Shown: one piece after another, positions 9,801-19,800 of the stretch
Layout: each line of letters starts with the position of its first letter
How positions within the stretch are numbered: the stretch's first letter is position 1
Origin: Bacillota bacterium
GTDB lineage: Bacteria > Bacillota > Clostridia > Christensenellales > Christensenellaceae
Reading direction: 5' to 3'
DNA length: 64,000 nt
NCBI GenBank assembly: GCA_023393165.1
Contig: JAEWMJ010000057.1
Span: 94,500-158,499, forward strand
Translations under genes and position numbers: made by a program
Notes under the pieces: model-generated
The model's input: the letters and a program-made list of their open reading frames with translations, nothing else
The model's database searches: none
Told to the model about the DNA's origin: nothing

Positions 9801-10256
9801 AAAATCAAGGATGTTGAAAACTATAAATTCACACTTTCCGACGGTGACGAGCGGTACGCGCGTCTGCTAAAACTATTGCCGGCAGGTTCGCAGCTGACCG
9901 AACGCGAAAAAATGATTCTGCATCAGATTTGCATGGGAGAACTGAACAATGTGATCTCATCCGACCTCGGCATATCCGTCAACACTTTGAAAACGCATAT
10001 CCGCAACATTTACAGTAAATGCGGCGTAAAGAACAGAAAAGAACTGCTGATGTTGTCAGAATCCGGTGAAAGCCCGGACAGCGAACTCACCCTCAGGGAA
10101 AAAGAGATCCTTCGTTTGATCATTCTGGGCAAAACGAATCAGGAAATCACATCAGCGCTTTGCATCAGCAACAATACGGTACGCGTGCACATCTGGAACA
10201 TCTGCACCAAACTGGGCGTAAAAAACCGGAACGACCTGATGGAGATACGGCTATAA
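6870..10256 (+). CDS. Membrane sensor: TM-Cache-like-TM-linker-PAS-like-degenerate GGDEF-degenerate EAL-2x LuxR HTH
   Basis: TM helices at aa ~20-43 and ~362-394. Periplasmic segment with the Cache-like motif ISYTLPLLDPNGKPFGVFGFEV. The domains below were identified by motif. The start lies 4 nt after the SBP stop. Confidence 0.85.
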   Translation: MELFGRFKRNPGSLRKKIIGPQIILLFIQLAIILSCISGLGLLRNARDNEFDKLAASVQSRALQVQKYFNNISINAGYASDKIQNSMQDILSEKRLESADELLQNQGLVEAFEKDSLPALVNALEYSETSGVFIVLDTNNNPGTKAALYLRDTRPETVSASDLLYVRGPYSIARDLSIPLDSDWSFEQKFTGSESDYYVNPWNAALNKKTDISDQCGYWSGAYQFSETGQRIISYTLPLLDPNGKPFGVFGFEVNEDLLIKKLPSDEIPYQNGFYALYKSADPGSLSDSTVFSGAYASILKGDPVSIRPAGYGTPALIQLAVDRDHPPMLGIKNILELYSPGSCFAGDQWILAGIVPESQLLSLWYGIIQVLAIAFILSFAIGLAGIFGSGWAFARPIAALAKKVRAANPKEPIALGKTNIVEIDDLTAALEKMSSDVAQAASRMSKIIGLVGLPLGGYEADFQNGIAYLTDSMFDLFGLHKEKSGSNTLPLSEWKALLTGILNDKEEGFEDVYRYNPSPKNVRWLRIKTAVISPQIELGIVLDVSEEVLHQRQNEFARDYDSLTGFMNRKAFLNKCTELIEADPSASGILLLADLYFIRSLHASGELENETLLRIAGLFGEFRQFGGILSRISGYEFVVYIHGCGDAPGIMEFAQKQFGSPLAIRRMDGQIQEFFFSIGACRYPEDARNVEDLIYFADFAQNEAQRQPRKGIVPFQMENYNQNNIMAQKNNAFYEILSLRQLNINLIPIMDVNTGNIMGYDALVDYRNSFIKKAEDMIAMARIHNRLFELERLTMISILEYIRENYHELNGAKVFFSSLTNEVIPQSEIQKVDKIYGALYSSIVFNLTDTEHCDKQIFIDKNRELKKRGVAIAIDRYGTVNASELLLLDLKPGYLRMDPSIIQDVNLDPNRHQLLQALLSYTTTRGIRTMAVGIRTREELETVIKMGIDYVQGPYLCEPMSGIILPESTAAQNIRIKIKDVENYKFTLSDGDERYARLLKLLPAGSQLTEREKMILHQICMGELNNVISSDLGISVNTLKTHIRNIYSKCGVKNRKELLMLSESGESPDSELTLREKEILRLIILGKTNQEITSALCISNNTVRVHIWNICTKLGVKNRNDLMEIRL
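8532..9014 (+). other. GGDEF-like domain, degenerate
   Basis: DSLTGFMNRKAF entry motif. The signature is SGYEF (nt 8769-8783) instead of GG(D/E)EF. The metal and GTP-contacting ND..GH..GD block is replaced by LHASGELENETL. Confidence 0.75.
9051..9755 (+). other. EAL-like domain, degenerate
   Basis: YDALVDY (nt 9150-9170) replaces EAL. IDRYG replaces DDFG. RMD replaces K.D. AVGIR replaces AEGVE. The terminal YVQG is retained. Confidence 0.75.
9882..10055 (+). other. LuxR/FixJ-type HTH domain 1
   Basis: LTEREKMILHQICMGELNNVISSDLGISVNTLKTHIRNIYSKCGVKNRKELL. Confidence 0.85.
10077..10247 (+). other. LuxR/FixJ-type HTH domain 2
   Basis: LTLREKEILRLIILGKTNQEITSALCISNNTVRVHIWNICTKLGVKNRNDL. Confidence 0.85.
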
Positions 10257-10333
10257 TTATCAGATTGATAATCAAGTATTTTTTGAGCCATCCATAAACT
10301 AAATGGACCGTTTCCTTAAATAAATGAAGGCTA

Positions 10334-10447
10334 CTGAAAGCCCCAAATACAAGGCATTTTGAGCATTGCGACGTAAGCGTAGTACATCCTACGCTGAGGA
10401 GCAAGCGGAAAAATAACACAGTAGTTGGGGTTTATCAGCAGCCTGAA
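10334..10447. repeat. Intergenic repeat element, short copy (~114 nt)
   Basis: Shares three blocks with 26540..26790: 39/41, 14/14 and 39/43 identical by hand alignment. Internal hairpin agcgtagta/ctacgct. The ends are mutually complementary (ccccaa/ttgggg, ctga/tcag, gct/agc). It sits between two convergent gene ends. Confidence 0.75.
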
Positions 10448-10517
10448 TCTTTCTTTTGAAAAAAGAAAGATTCTACCAAAGAAAACCAATTATAATTTAT
10501 ATATGTCCCGGCAGCGC

Positions 10518-12038
10518 TCACATGCTGGCTTCATTCAAGTGATTCTGTATATTTTCAAGCACGTCTTCTTCCTTTATAAGCTCCAGGAAGTTGTTTACCA
10601 CATCCGCGTCAAACTGCGTCCCGATTCCCAGCTTCAGCTGGTCGATCGCTTCCTGCAGGGTAAAACGCATGCGGTACTGCCTGTCCGAGGTCATGGCGTC
10701 AAAAGCGTCCGCCACCGAGATGATCCGCGCCGCAAGCGGGATCGCATCGCCCCTCAGCCCGTCGGGATATCCCGTTCCGTCAATTCTTTCGTGATGGTGG
10801 CGCACAATAGGCACAACATCGCTGAACATGGAAACAGCTGAAAGTATCAGCGCGCCTTTCATCGGATGCCTTTTGATCTCCTCATAATCGCTGCTGCTCA
10901 GCTTATCGGTTTTCAGCAATATATCGTCGGCCGTTCCGATCTTTCCTATATCGTGGAAAACCCCGCCGATGCGCAGAATCTCCAGTTCGTTATCACTCAG
11001 GGCAAACCTTTTTCCGATCTGCACGGAAAAATAGGCGACCCTGTCCGAATGGCCCCGCGTGTATACGTCCTTGGCATCCACCGCCAGCCGCAGGGCTTCA
11101 ATCGTATCCATATACCTGGTTTTCAGCTGGGCATACGTACGGTTGAGTTCCTCATTCTTTACGTTTACAAGGGAATGCAAAAACGCGTTGTTGATGGAGG
11201 ATGCGGCCTGGCCCGCGTAAATCTCCAAAAGTTTCATGCCTTCTTCCGCCACATCCCTGCTGCTCACATAAATTACGCCGATCGCCTTACGCAACTCGTT
11301 GATAAGCGGAAGTATCACGCCGTCGGGCAGAATAGTGATTTCCAGTTTCATGCGCGCGGTGCCGATAGCTTCCATCAGCTTGGGGTCAAGCATGTTCATA
11401 AAGCTCTGGACATTCACGTTGTACATGCCGATTCCCCTGAATATACTCTTATCCGTACTGCCGATCTCGGTCAGGTTATCCATGAGGATAAAAGCGTCCG
11501 TGCTGTTGACCAGAGGCAGTATCCTGACCAGAATCTCTTCCAGAATATTGCCGATGGGCTGCAGCTGGTATATCTTGGGCACAGCCCCAAGAATGCTGTT
11601 GAGTCCGTCCCTGAATTTCTTGATCGTCCGCATCTGGGAGATGGATTTTATCCCGGATTCTACTAGAAGCAGCAGTTGATCCAGCCTTTCGCTTTTTTCG
11701 CAGTAAGCCTGGATATCCAGCATTTTAATGGTGTCGATCGGCGGAGCCAGATCCTTGTATCCGGTCAGAAGCAGGATGTAAAGTTCCTTGTCGAAACTCC
11801 GTATATTTTCCACCACTTCGTCCCCGTGCATGGGAAGCATGAAATAATCCAATATCAAAAGATCGTAATGGACTTCTTTCAATTGCTTTAACCCCTCCAC
11901 GGGGTTCGTATAGCCGTCTATTACGTACCCCATTCTTCTCAAAAGCGAGGATACCGAATCGATGATGCCTTCGTCATCGTCAATGATCATCAACCTGTAA
12001 TCTTCATTAATCTCTTCCTGAAGCTTATTCTTACGCAT
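10518..12038 (-). CDS. Response regulator: REC - GAF-like linker domain - HD-GYP phosphodiesterase
   Basis: REC motifs IIDDDEG, LLILDYFMP, LLLTG and YCEKS. HD-GYP motifs RGHSDRVA, FHDIGKIG and HHHERIDGTGYPDG. The start overlaps the kinase stop by 8 nt. Confidence 0.9.
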   Translation of the reverse strand: MRKNKLQEEINEDYRLMIIDDDEGIIDSVSSLLRRMGYVIDGYTNPVEGLKQLKEVHYDLLILDYFMLPMHGDEVVENIRSFDKELYILLLTGYKDLAPPIDTIKMLDIQAYCEKSERLDQLLLLVESGIKSISQMRTIKKFRDGLNSILGAVPKIYQLQPIGNILEEILVRILPLVNSTDAFILMDNLTEIGSTDKSIFRGIGMYNVNVQSFMNMLDPKLMEAIGTARMKLEITILPDGVILPLINELRKAIGVIYVSSRDVAEEGMKLLEIYAGQAASSINNAFLHSLVNVKNEELNRTYAQLKTRYMDTIEALRLAVDAKDVYTRGHSDRVAYFSVQIGKRFALSDNELEILRIGGVFHDIGKIGTADDILLKTDKLSSSDYEEIKRHPMKGALILSAVSMFSDVVPIVRHHHERIDGTGYPDGLRGDAIPLAARIISVADAFDAMTSDRQYRMRFTLQEAIDQLKLGIGTQFDADVVNNFLELIKEEDVLENIQNHLNEASM

Positions 12039-13884
12039 GAATCACTTCCCCTTCCACGTCCATAGGAATCGATATAAAGAACTCCGTGCCCACATTTTCC
12101 TGCGATTCAAACCACATGTTTCCCCTGAACATACCCTTTATTGTTGAATACGAAATATAAAGGCCTATGCCCGTCCCGTTTTTCCCTTTGGTCGTAACCA
12201 TTTTTTTAAACAGGCTGTCCATTACGCTTTTATCCAGCCCGCCTGCGAAGTCTTTGATGGAAAACACAATATTATTGTTATCCTGGTTGATGCGGAGAAT
12301 AATTTTGCCTTTTTTTCCCTTATATGCCTGAATGGCGTTCACAATGATATTGTCAAATATCTGAACCAGGCTGTTTACATCGCCTTTGATTGTAATTTTA
12401 TCATCTATATTGATTTCTTTCAACAATACGCAGTTCTGCCGGATCAATTCGTACTTCATCAGAATATCCACGCGGTGTATCAGTTCATGCAGCGTAAAAA
12501 CCCCGGTTAATGTGGAATTCAGTTTTACCGCCTGATCCTTTACCGTTGAGATTACATCCGACATATAGGCGATATAGGTCCGGATTTTTTTAATTGCGAC
12601 ATCCATTTCTCCGGCTATTTCATGATGGTCTTCCACTGTCACTTCAGGATCTCCCACGGATTTATCGTATTCCTGCACAAGCACTTCAAGTTGTCCAAGC
12701 GCTCCCGACGCAGATAGGATGGGCGTTTTGAGGTTGTGCGCGATCCCGCCTACCAATTCTCCCAGAGAAACCAGACGTTCTTTTTCCATCATGATCGCCT
12801 GGTTTTCCTGAATGGTGTCAAAGTCTTTCTTGCGCTGTGTGATGTCTTTTAAAAGAATAATTGTCGCAACATACTGGTTGCCTGCAAACACAGGCGTAAA
12901 CTCAACTTCAAAATATTTATTATATTCCTTCCCTCTTTTTAAGTTAAGTTCAGTTTTCACGATTTGATTCGTTTCCTTGGTTAGTTTTACGTCTTTTAGC
13001 ACCATATCTGCGCTGATCTCGACAGGATCAAAATATATTTTGAGCAGATTATACAGATTTTCATTCTGTTTGATATTATGAAAGGCCGAAAAATTTTTAA
13101 TAAAACTTTTATTAAAGTCAATGATATTTAGTTTTTCATCCACGACAATATAGCTGTCTGATATCCGGTTTACAACTGTTTTCAGGGCTACGGGAGTGAT
13201 CTTCATCAGGTTGAACTTAAGCATGCCTACCATATAACATACGATCGCGGTCAACATGGCGATGGGCGTGGCAAATATATTCAGCCACGGCACACCCAAG
13301 GTATACAGCAGGTTAACTAATAACGGCAATATGCTGCCTATAATCATCACAGAGGCTTGTTTAACCGATATACCGGTATTTTTAACAGAAAAAAACAACA
13401 CATATCCCAGCCCCATCAGCAGCATAAAATAAGAATATATGGTGTGAACATAAAAATACCATCCCATTACGATCGTAGGCCTTACAAACCCAAACGTATA
13501 TTGTATGTAAAACCAGTGATGATAATTATTTGTGAACGCCACTACGAGCGTTAAAGCTGGGATTACAAATAAAAATATATACTTCCAGTTGAAATCTATT
13601 CTGGAATAAGCAAAGGAACGGCCGATCAAAAAAATTTGTACAGGCAGCAAACTGGATCCGATATATGTAAAATACTCCATCCATATAATTAAAGGACTGT
13701 CGGGATCTTTATCCGCAAAAAACGCTTCAAAAAAAACAAAAAGACAAATGACGGTTATTTCCATGACAGCAGCAAGAAAAATCCGGTGAAGCTGCGTCTT
13801 GTTTCTTGTCAGGGCGATCAGAACCATAAGAAATACCGAAATGCCTATGCAAAAAATCAGTAGTAAATAAGTTCCCGAATCCAT
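12031..13884 (-). CDS. Sensor histidine kinase with N-terminal 7-TM domain and PAS-like domain
   Basis: About seven hydrophobic helices in aa 1-230. H-box LVGGIAHNLKTP. ATPase motifs NIIVNAIQAY, DFAGGL and GTGIGLY. Starts 8 nt after the NRPS stop. Confidence 0.9.
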   Translation of the reverse strand: MDSGTYLLLIFCIGISVFLMVLIALTRNKTQLHRIFLAAVMEITVICLFVFFEAFFADKDPDSPLIIWMEYFTYIGSSLLPVQIFLIGRSFAYSRIDFNWKYIFLFVIPALTLVVAFTNNYHHWFYIQYTFGFVRPTIVMGWYFYVHTIYSYFMLLMGLGYVLFFSVKNTGISVKQASVMIIGSILPLLVNLLYTLGVPWLNIFATPIAMLTAIVCYMVGMLKFNLMKITPVALKTVVNRISDSYIVVDEKLNIIDFNKSFIKNFSAFHNIKQNENLYNLLKIYFDPVEISADMVLKDVKLTKETNQIVKTELNLKRGKEYNKYFEVEFTPVFAGNQYVATIILLKDITQRKKDFDTIQENQAIMMEKERLVSLGELVGGIAHNLKTPILSASGALGQLEVLVQEYDKSVGDPEVTVEDHHEIAGEMDVAIKKIRTYIAYMSDVISTVKDQAVKLNSTLTGVFTLHELIHRVDILMKYELIRQNCVLLKEINIDDKITIKGDVNSLVQIFDNIIVNAIQAYKGKKGKIILRINQDNNNIVFSIKDFAGGLDKSVMDSLFKKMVTTKGKNGTGIGLYISYSTIKGMFRGNMWFESQENVGTEFFISIPMDVEGEVIHA

Positions 13885-13892
13885 TTCCCCTC

Positions 13893-16800
13893 CTACGGCT
13901 CGCAGATTGTTGTAAGAAAACGTGTTACATATTCAGAAGATACCTGCGGCCAGTCAAACCCACAATGATGGAGTAATTCTGCGGTTTTGTCAGACCGGAC
14001 TTCAATATTTTGTCCCATGACATCTTGCCTGGAAATATCGTTAATAATACCTGATAGTTTTTTGCCTTCATTCTGCCGACTGATGGCGCGTATGGTCCGA
14101 TCAAAAACTTTCGTTGGAACAAACGCCGGCGCCGGCAAGATCTCTCGGGACCAAGCGATTAAATCTTTCATGAAGATCCTGTTAGGATTATATAAATGGT
14201 ATACAACAGGGCAAATTCCGCCCACTTGTGATAAAATCAGCATTGCTTTTGCGCAAGAGTCCACAGGGGTCAACTCCAGCAGCAGATCCTTTAACTTTTC
14301 CGGCAGAACCCCGATTTCAAATATGGATTTTAATCGGTTTGCAAAGGCATTGTTCTCCTTTGCCATCTGAAACTTTCCATCGATTGTACGGGCGGTCAGG
14401 TTTCCGGCTCTAAAGATCCGGGCGTCCAACCCCTCTTCACGGGCCTTGTGCACTATTCCTTCAGCAAAAAACTTGCTTTTCACATATTCGTTTGAACCGT
14501 ACTCCTGGCCGATGTAGTAACAGGTTTCGTCAAACACGAACGTCTTGGCGTCTTCCCGCACATACTTCCCGGATACGCTCATTGTGGAAACATGCAATAG
14601 TGGCTTGCTTTCCCTCAAACAAAATTCAACAATATATTTTGTTCCCAGAACATTGATTTCTTCAAATTTCTCGGGCATTCCATAATGGCTGGTGATCGCC
14701 GCGCAGTGAATCACGGTTTTAATATCAGCAGCGATTTCCGCACTTCTTCCGTCGGGCATTCCAAGATTGGGACTGCAAATTTCCCCGCTCACCGCCTGCA
14801 CATTTTTAAGAATCTTTTCCGCCGCGTCTTTCCCGAAGTAAAACACAAGGGAATCCTTCAATTTTTGCCGGGCGTTCTCGTCATTATCCGCTCTAATTAT
14901 ACAATAAACACGCGATTGATACAAGCCGACAAGCTCGGATAGAACATGCGCGCCTAAAAATCCGTTTGCGCCGGTCAGCAGCGTACAGCTCAGGTCCGCC
15001 GGCTGGCAATCCGCACTTCTGGGCGTCAATGGAATGCCTTTTTTAGAGGACGCATAAATATCATATTTAGAAGGCGCCGCTTGTTTTAAAGAATGTTTGC
15101 TGTCGATATGTTCGCAAATTGATTCAAGCGTCTGCATTTCGTAAAAATCCTGCGTCCCAATTTCAAATCCATATTTCCATATGGCGGCTTGCACCTGGAT
15201 CACCGCGAGGGAATCTCCGCCCAAATGGAAAAAGTTGTCCGCAGGGCCGACGCTTTGAACCTTTAAAACCTGCTTCCAGACTTTAGCCATTTTCTTTTGG
15301 GTATCGCTCGTCAACACCTTTTTCCGGACGGTATTCTTTCGGCTGCCGGTCTCTGTCCCGGGATTGGGCAGTGCTTTCCTGTCCAGCTTTCCGCCGGGAG
15401 TCATGGGGAAGCTTTCCAGCGAAATAAAATGCGAAGGGATCATATAAACCGGCAGGCGTTTTTTCAGGCTTTCCCTAAGCGCCGTCTCATCCACATCCCC
15501 ATTTTGGGTGAAATATGCGCAAAGATATTTGTTCTCTTCTTTTCCACAAGCCAAAACAACCGTTTTATCAACGCCTTTTATATCCAGTATTGCACTTTCA
15601 ATCTCTCCAAGTTCTATGCGTAGACCGCGGATTTTTACCTGAAAATCGCTGCGTCCCAGGCAAACGACTTCGCCGCTTGGCTGGTAGGCGCAGATGTCGC
15701 CCGAATTGTACATGATTCCCTCGGCAAACGGATTCCTCAGATATCGCTCCCGGGTCAGATCTTCCCGGTTAATGTACCCCCGAGAAACGCCTTTTCCCGC
15801 AATATACAGCAAACCCGGGCACCCAAGCGGAACAGGGATAAGGTCGTCGTCCAGTATATAGTACTGCAGATTGGCTGCAGCTTTCCCCACAGTGATATTC
15901 GACGTATGCGTCAAATCCTTAAAAGACGAATAAACGGTCGTTTCAGTAGGCCCGTATACGCTGACGATGCGCGCGCGGGAATATTTTTTAAGCTTCCTTA
16001 AAAGATCAGGCGGGAATGGCTCTCCTCCGTGAACGATCAGTTTTAGATGAATCAGATTTTCCCTGAAAGTTTTGTCACTCATCAATATTTGCATGCGCGA
16101 CGGTGTGGTCTGCAAAAAATTTGCTCCGCCCAACCGCATCGCCGGGACCAGAAGATGCGGCTGACGGCATTCGTCATCAGTGCACATGATTACGGCCGCG
16201 CCAAAAAACAATGAGATAAGGGAGTCCGAAACAAAAATATCAAACGAAATAGATGATATGGACGCAACTACCGTGTCTTCGGAATAAAATTTATTTTGTC
16301 CGATCATTTCATACAGATTCAGAAGGCCGGATACTGTAACCATCACCCCTTTGGGCCTGCCTGTCGATCCAGAGGTATAGATCACCAGTGCCAGATCGCC
16401 GGGCCCGCTTGCTATCACAGGCCGGTACTCACCCGCATTTTTATCCACAGTTCCTGAAAACAATATGGTCCCCTGAAAGCCGCACTTATCGGGATCGTCC
16501 GTAATCAGCACATCGGCTTTGCTGTTCTGAAGCATATAGGTTTTCCGTTCTTCAGGATAAAAAGGATCTACCGGCATATAAGCGGCGCCCGCCTTCAGCG
16601 TTCCCAGTATGGCGCACATCATATCCAAAGACCGGTTCACGCTGATTCCGACGATGCGGTTCCTTCCAACCCCAAGCTCTATTAATTTTTTTGCATAGGC
16701 TCCGGCCGCACGGTCGAGCTCCGAAAAAGTCATTCTCCGGCCTTTGCAGATCAGAGCGATTTTATCAGGATACCGGTCGGCCGCCCTCTCAAACAGGCGG

Positions 16801-19800
16801 ATCACTGGAATGCCTTCATCATATTCATAACCGGTCCGATTAAAATCCACAAGTATTTTCTTCCGTTCCGCAGGCGTCAGCAGGCAGATCTTTTTGATTT
16901 CAATTTCAGGATTGCGCAGCACCATCTTAATCAAATTTTTAAAATGCAGCGCAATAGCCTTCAGGGTGCTTCTTTTAAATAATTTCGTACAATACTCAAA
17001 TTCGCATTCCAGCGTCGCGCTTTTATCGTAAACTTCCAGTGTAATGTCAAATTTGGAAATAGGCTGGCTCAATCTGACTACCGTTGTTTTCAAATCTTTT
17101 AATTCCAAGGAGGCCAGATCGAAGGTATTGTAGCTCAGCATAGTGCCGAATACCGGGTTCCGGCTGGCGTCCTTTTCCAGTTTCAAATCGTTTACCATGA
17201 GTTCAAAAGGATAAGTCTGATTCTGGAACGCCGCCAAGCAACCTGCGCGGACCCTCTCCAGCATTTCGGTAAATTTTTCGTCGCCGTCAATCCGGGTTCG
17301 CATTGGGAGTGTGTTCACAAACATTCCTACAATATCCATAAGTTCATGCCGGTTGCGGACCGAAACCGGCGCGCCCACAATAATATCCTTCTGACCCGTA
17401 TACTTGGAAAGAACAACCGTATACAAACTTAATAGCAGCATAAACATTGTAACGCCCGAGCGCTGCGCAAACGTCCGGAGCTGTAAAGTCAGGTCCTTCG
17501 GGATGGAAAAGGAAAGTCTGTTACCTTCCATGCTTTGCACCGCTCCCCTTGGATAATCGGTATTCAGATTCAAGGTTGGCAGGTCGCCTCCCAAGGTGTC
17601 CATCCAGAATCTGCGCTGAAAGTCAACATGCCCGGACGCAAGGTGCTCTTCTTGCCAGACCGAATAATCCTTATAGCTGACCATATTGGATGGGATACTC
17701 TTTCCAGCGTACAGGCGGGATAGCTGCGATAAGACGGTCTCGACTGAAGTTCCGTCCGCAATAATGTGATGCATATCCAAAAACAGAATAAATTCATCCG
17801 CTTCCATCCGAAGCAGATTTGCGCGTAAAAGAGGCGGAGCCTTCAGATCAAACGGCCTGGCGAGCGAATTCAGTCTCTTTTGCATCTCGCTTTGGGCGCA
17901 GTCTTCCACATTCAGTATGATTTCGGCCCTCGGAACGATCCGCTGACGCAACTCGCCATTCTTCATTTCAAAACGGGTCCGGAACGACTCGTTTTTCGCA
18001 ACAAGCCTTGTTAGGGAGCGCTGAAGCGCCTGTATATCCAGGCTGCCTTTGATATAATAGGCTCCGGGCATATTATAGACCGTATTCTGTCCAAAAAACC
18101 CTCCGGATACAATGAAAACCTGTCTTTGAGCGGCGGATACCGGATAATCTTTTCTTCCCCGTACGCTTATAATTGGACGGCTATCGGTTTTTTTAGTTTC
18201 GCCGTCTATGAGCTTTGCATAATTTTCCAAAGTAGGATTTTCATACACTTTTTCCAGGGATACTTCCACCTGAAAACGTTTATATACCTCGGCCGATACC
18301 ATTACAATAGAGAGGGAATCTCCGCCTATATCAAAAAAGTTATCTTCTCTTCCAATCTTTTTAAGTTTCAGAACGTTTCCCCAAATTTCCGCCAGACCCT
18401 TCTCGGTTGCAGTAGAAAGCGAAGCGTTTTCATCCCTGTTGGCCTGCCGCTCTTCTTTATCAGGCTCAGGCAGCCCTTTTCTGTCCACCTTTCCGCTTAC
18501 GCCCAGGGGAAGGCTGTCCATCCAGATAAAATAGGATGGAACCATATACGCGGGCAGTTCTTTGGCCAGTTCACCCCTTAACTGGTTGACGTTTTTTCTG
18601 CGGGTTCCGCAGATATATGCGCACAGGTACTTTCTTCCGGTGTCGTCCTGCCTGTCCACCACTGCGCACGCGCTGATTCCGTCTATCTGCAGCAGTTTTG
18701 CTTCAATTTCACCTGGTTCGATACGGAATCCTCTGATTTTAACCTGCTGGTCCACCCTGCCGAGGTATTCGATCTCGCCCATCGGGAACCAGCGGGTCAT
18801 ATCTCCCGTTTTGTAAATCCTCCAGCCGGGTTTAAAAGGATCGGACACAAAAGACTCTGCCGTTAATTCAGGCCTGTCCAGATACCCTCTTGAGACGCCA
18901 TCCCCTCCGATATACAGTTCTCCGTGCACGCCGATGGGAACCGGGTTTTTATGCTTATCCAGAATATATGCGTATACACCGGGAAGCGGTTTTCCTATGT
19001 TGACCGTGTTGGAATCGGTCAGTTCCTTGTATGATGCGGCGATTGTAACTTCAGTCGGTCCATAAAAATTAAATATCCTGGCGGCAGTTTTTTCCTTGAT
19101 TTCGTTTAAAAGACGCACGGGAAGGACGTCCCCTCCCAGCATGATCTCTTTCAAGCTCTTTAGGCATTCGTCCGCGCCTTTACCGGACATAAAAAGCTGC
19201 ATTCTTGAAGGAGTCGTCATGATTTTATTGATCCTGGTCCTGATGATAAGACTGACCAGATTCTGCGGTATGTTGTGCTCGGTTTCTCCGGCCAGAACCA
19301 CGGTGCCTCCGTTCAGAAGCGTAGGAAATGTTTCCATAATAAACAGATCAAAAGAAACGGTCGCTGCGGACAGAACAATATTTCCGGGCGTAAAATCCAT
19401 TATTTCGGAAAGGGTATGCATAAAATGAACGATGGAATGATGCTCCACCATAACGCCCTTGGGCTTTCCGGTTGAACCTGACGTGTAGATGACATAGGCC
19501 AGATCGCGCAAACGATTGCCAGGCTGAATCGCTTCCCCGCATTCGGGCAGTGAGACAAGGATGTCCGCCGGTATCACTTCGCAGATATCGTCGCACTTTT
19601 CCGCAAGCTGCAAAGAGGCGATCACGCATTTGGCGCCGCTTTCTTTTAGTTCATACTGCACACGGTCGGCAGGGAAATCTGGATCGATGGGCAAAAACGC
19701 CGCTCCGGCCCGCAGGACCGCAAGTATGGATACGATGAGAGTATATTCCCTTGCGATCATAATGCCCGCGATGTCATCCCTGCCCAGCCCCTTGTTTATT

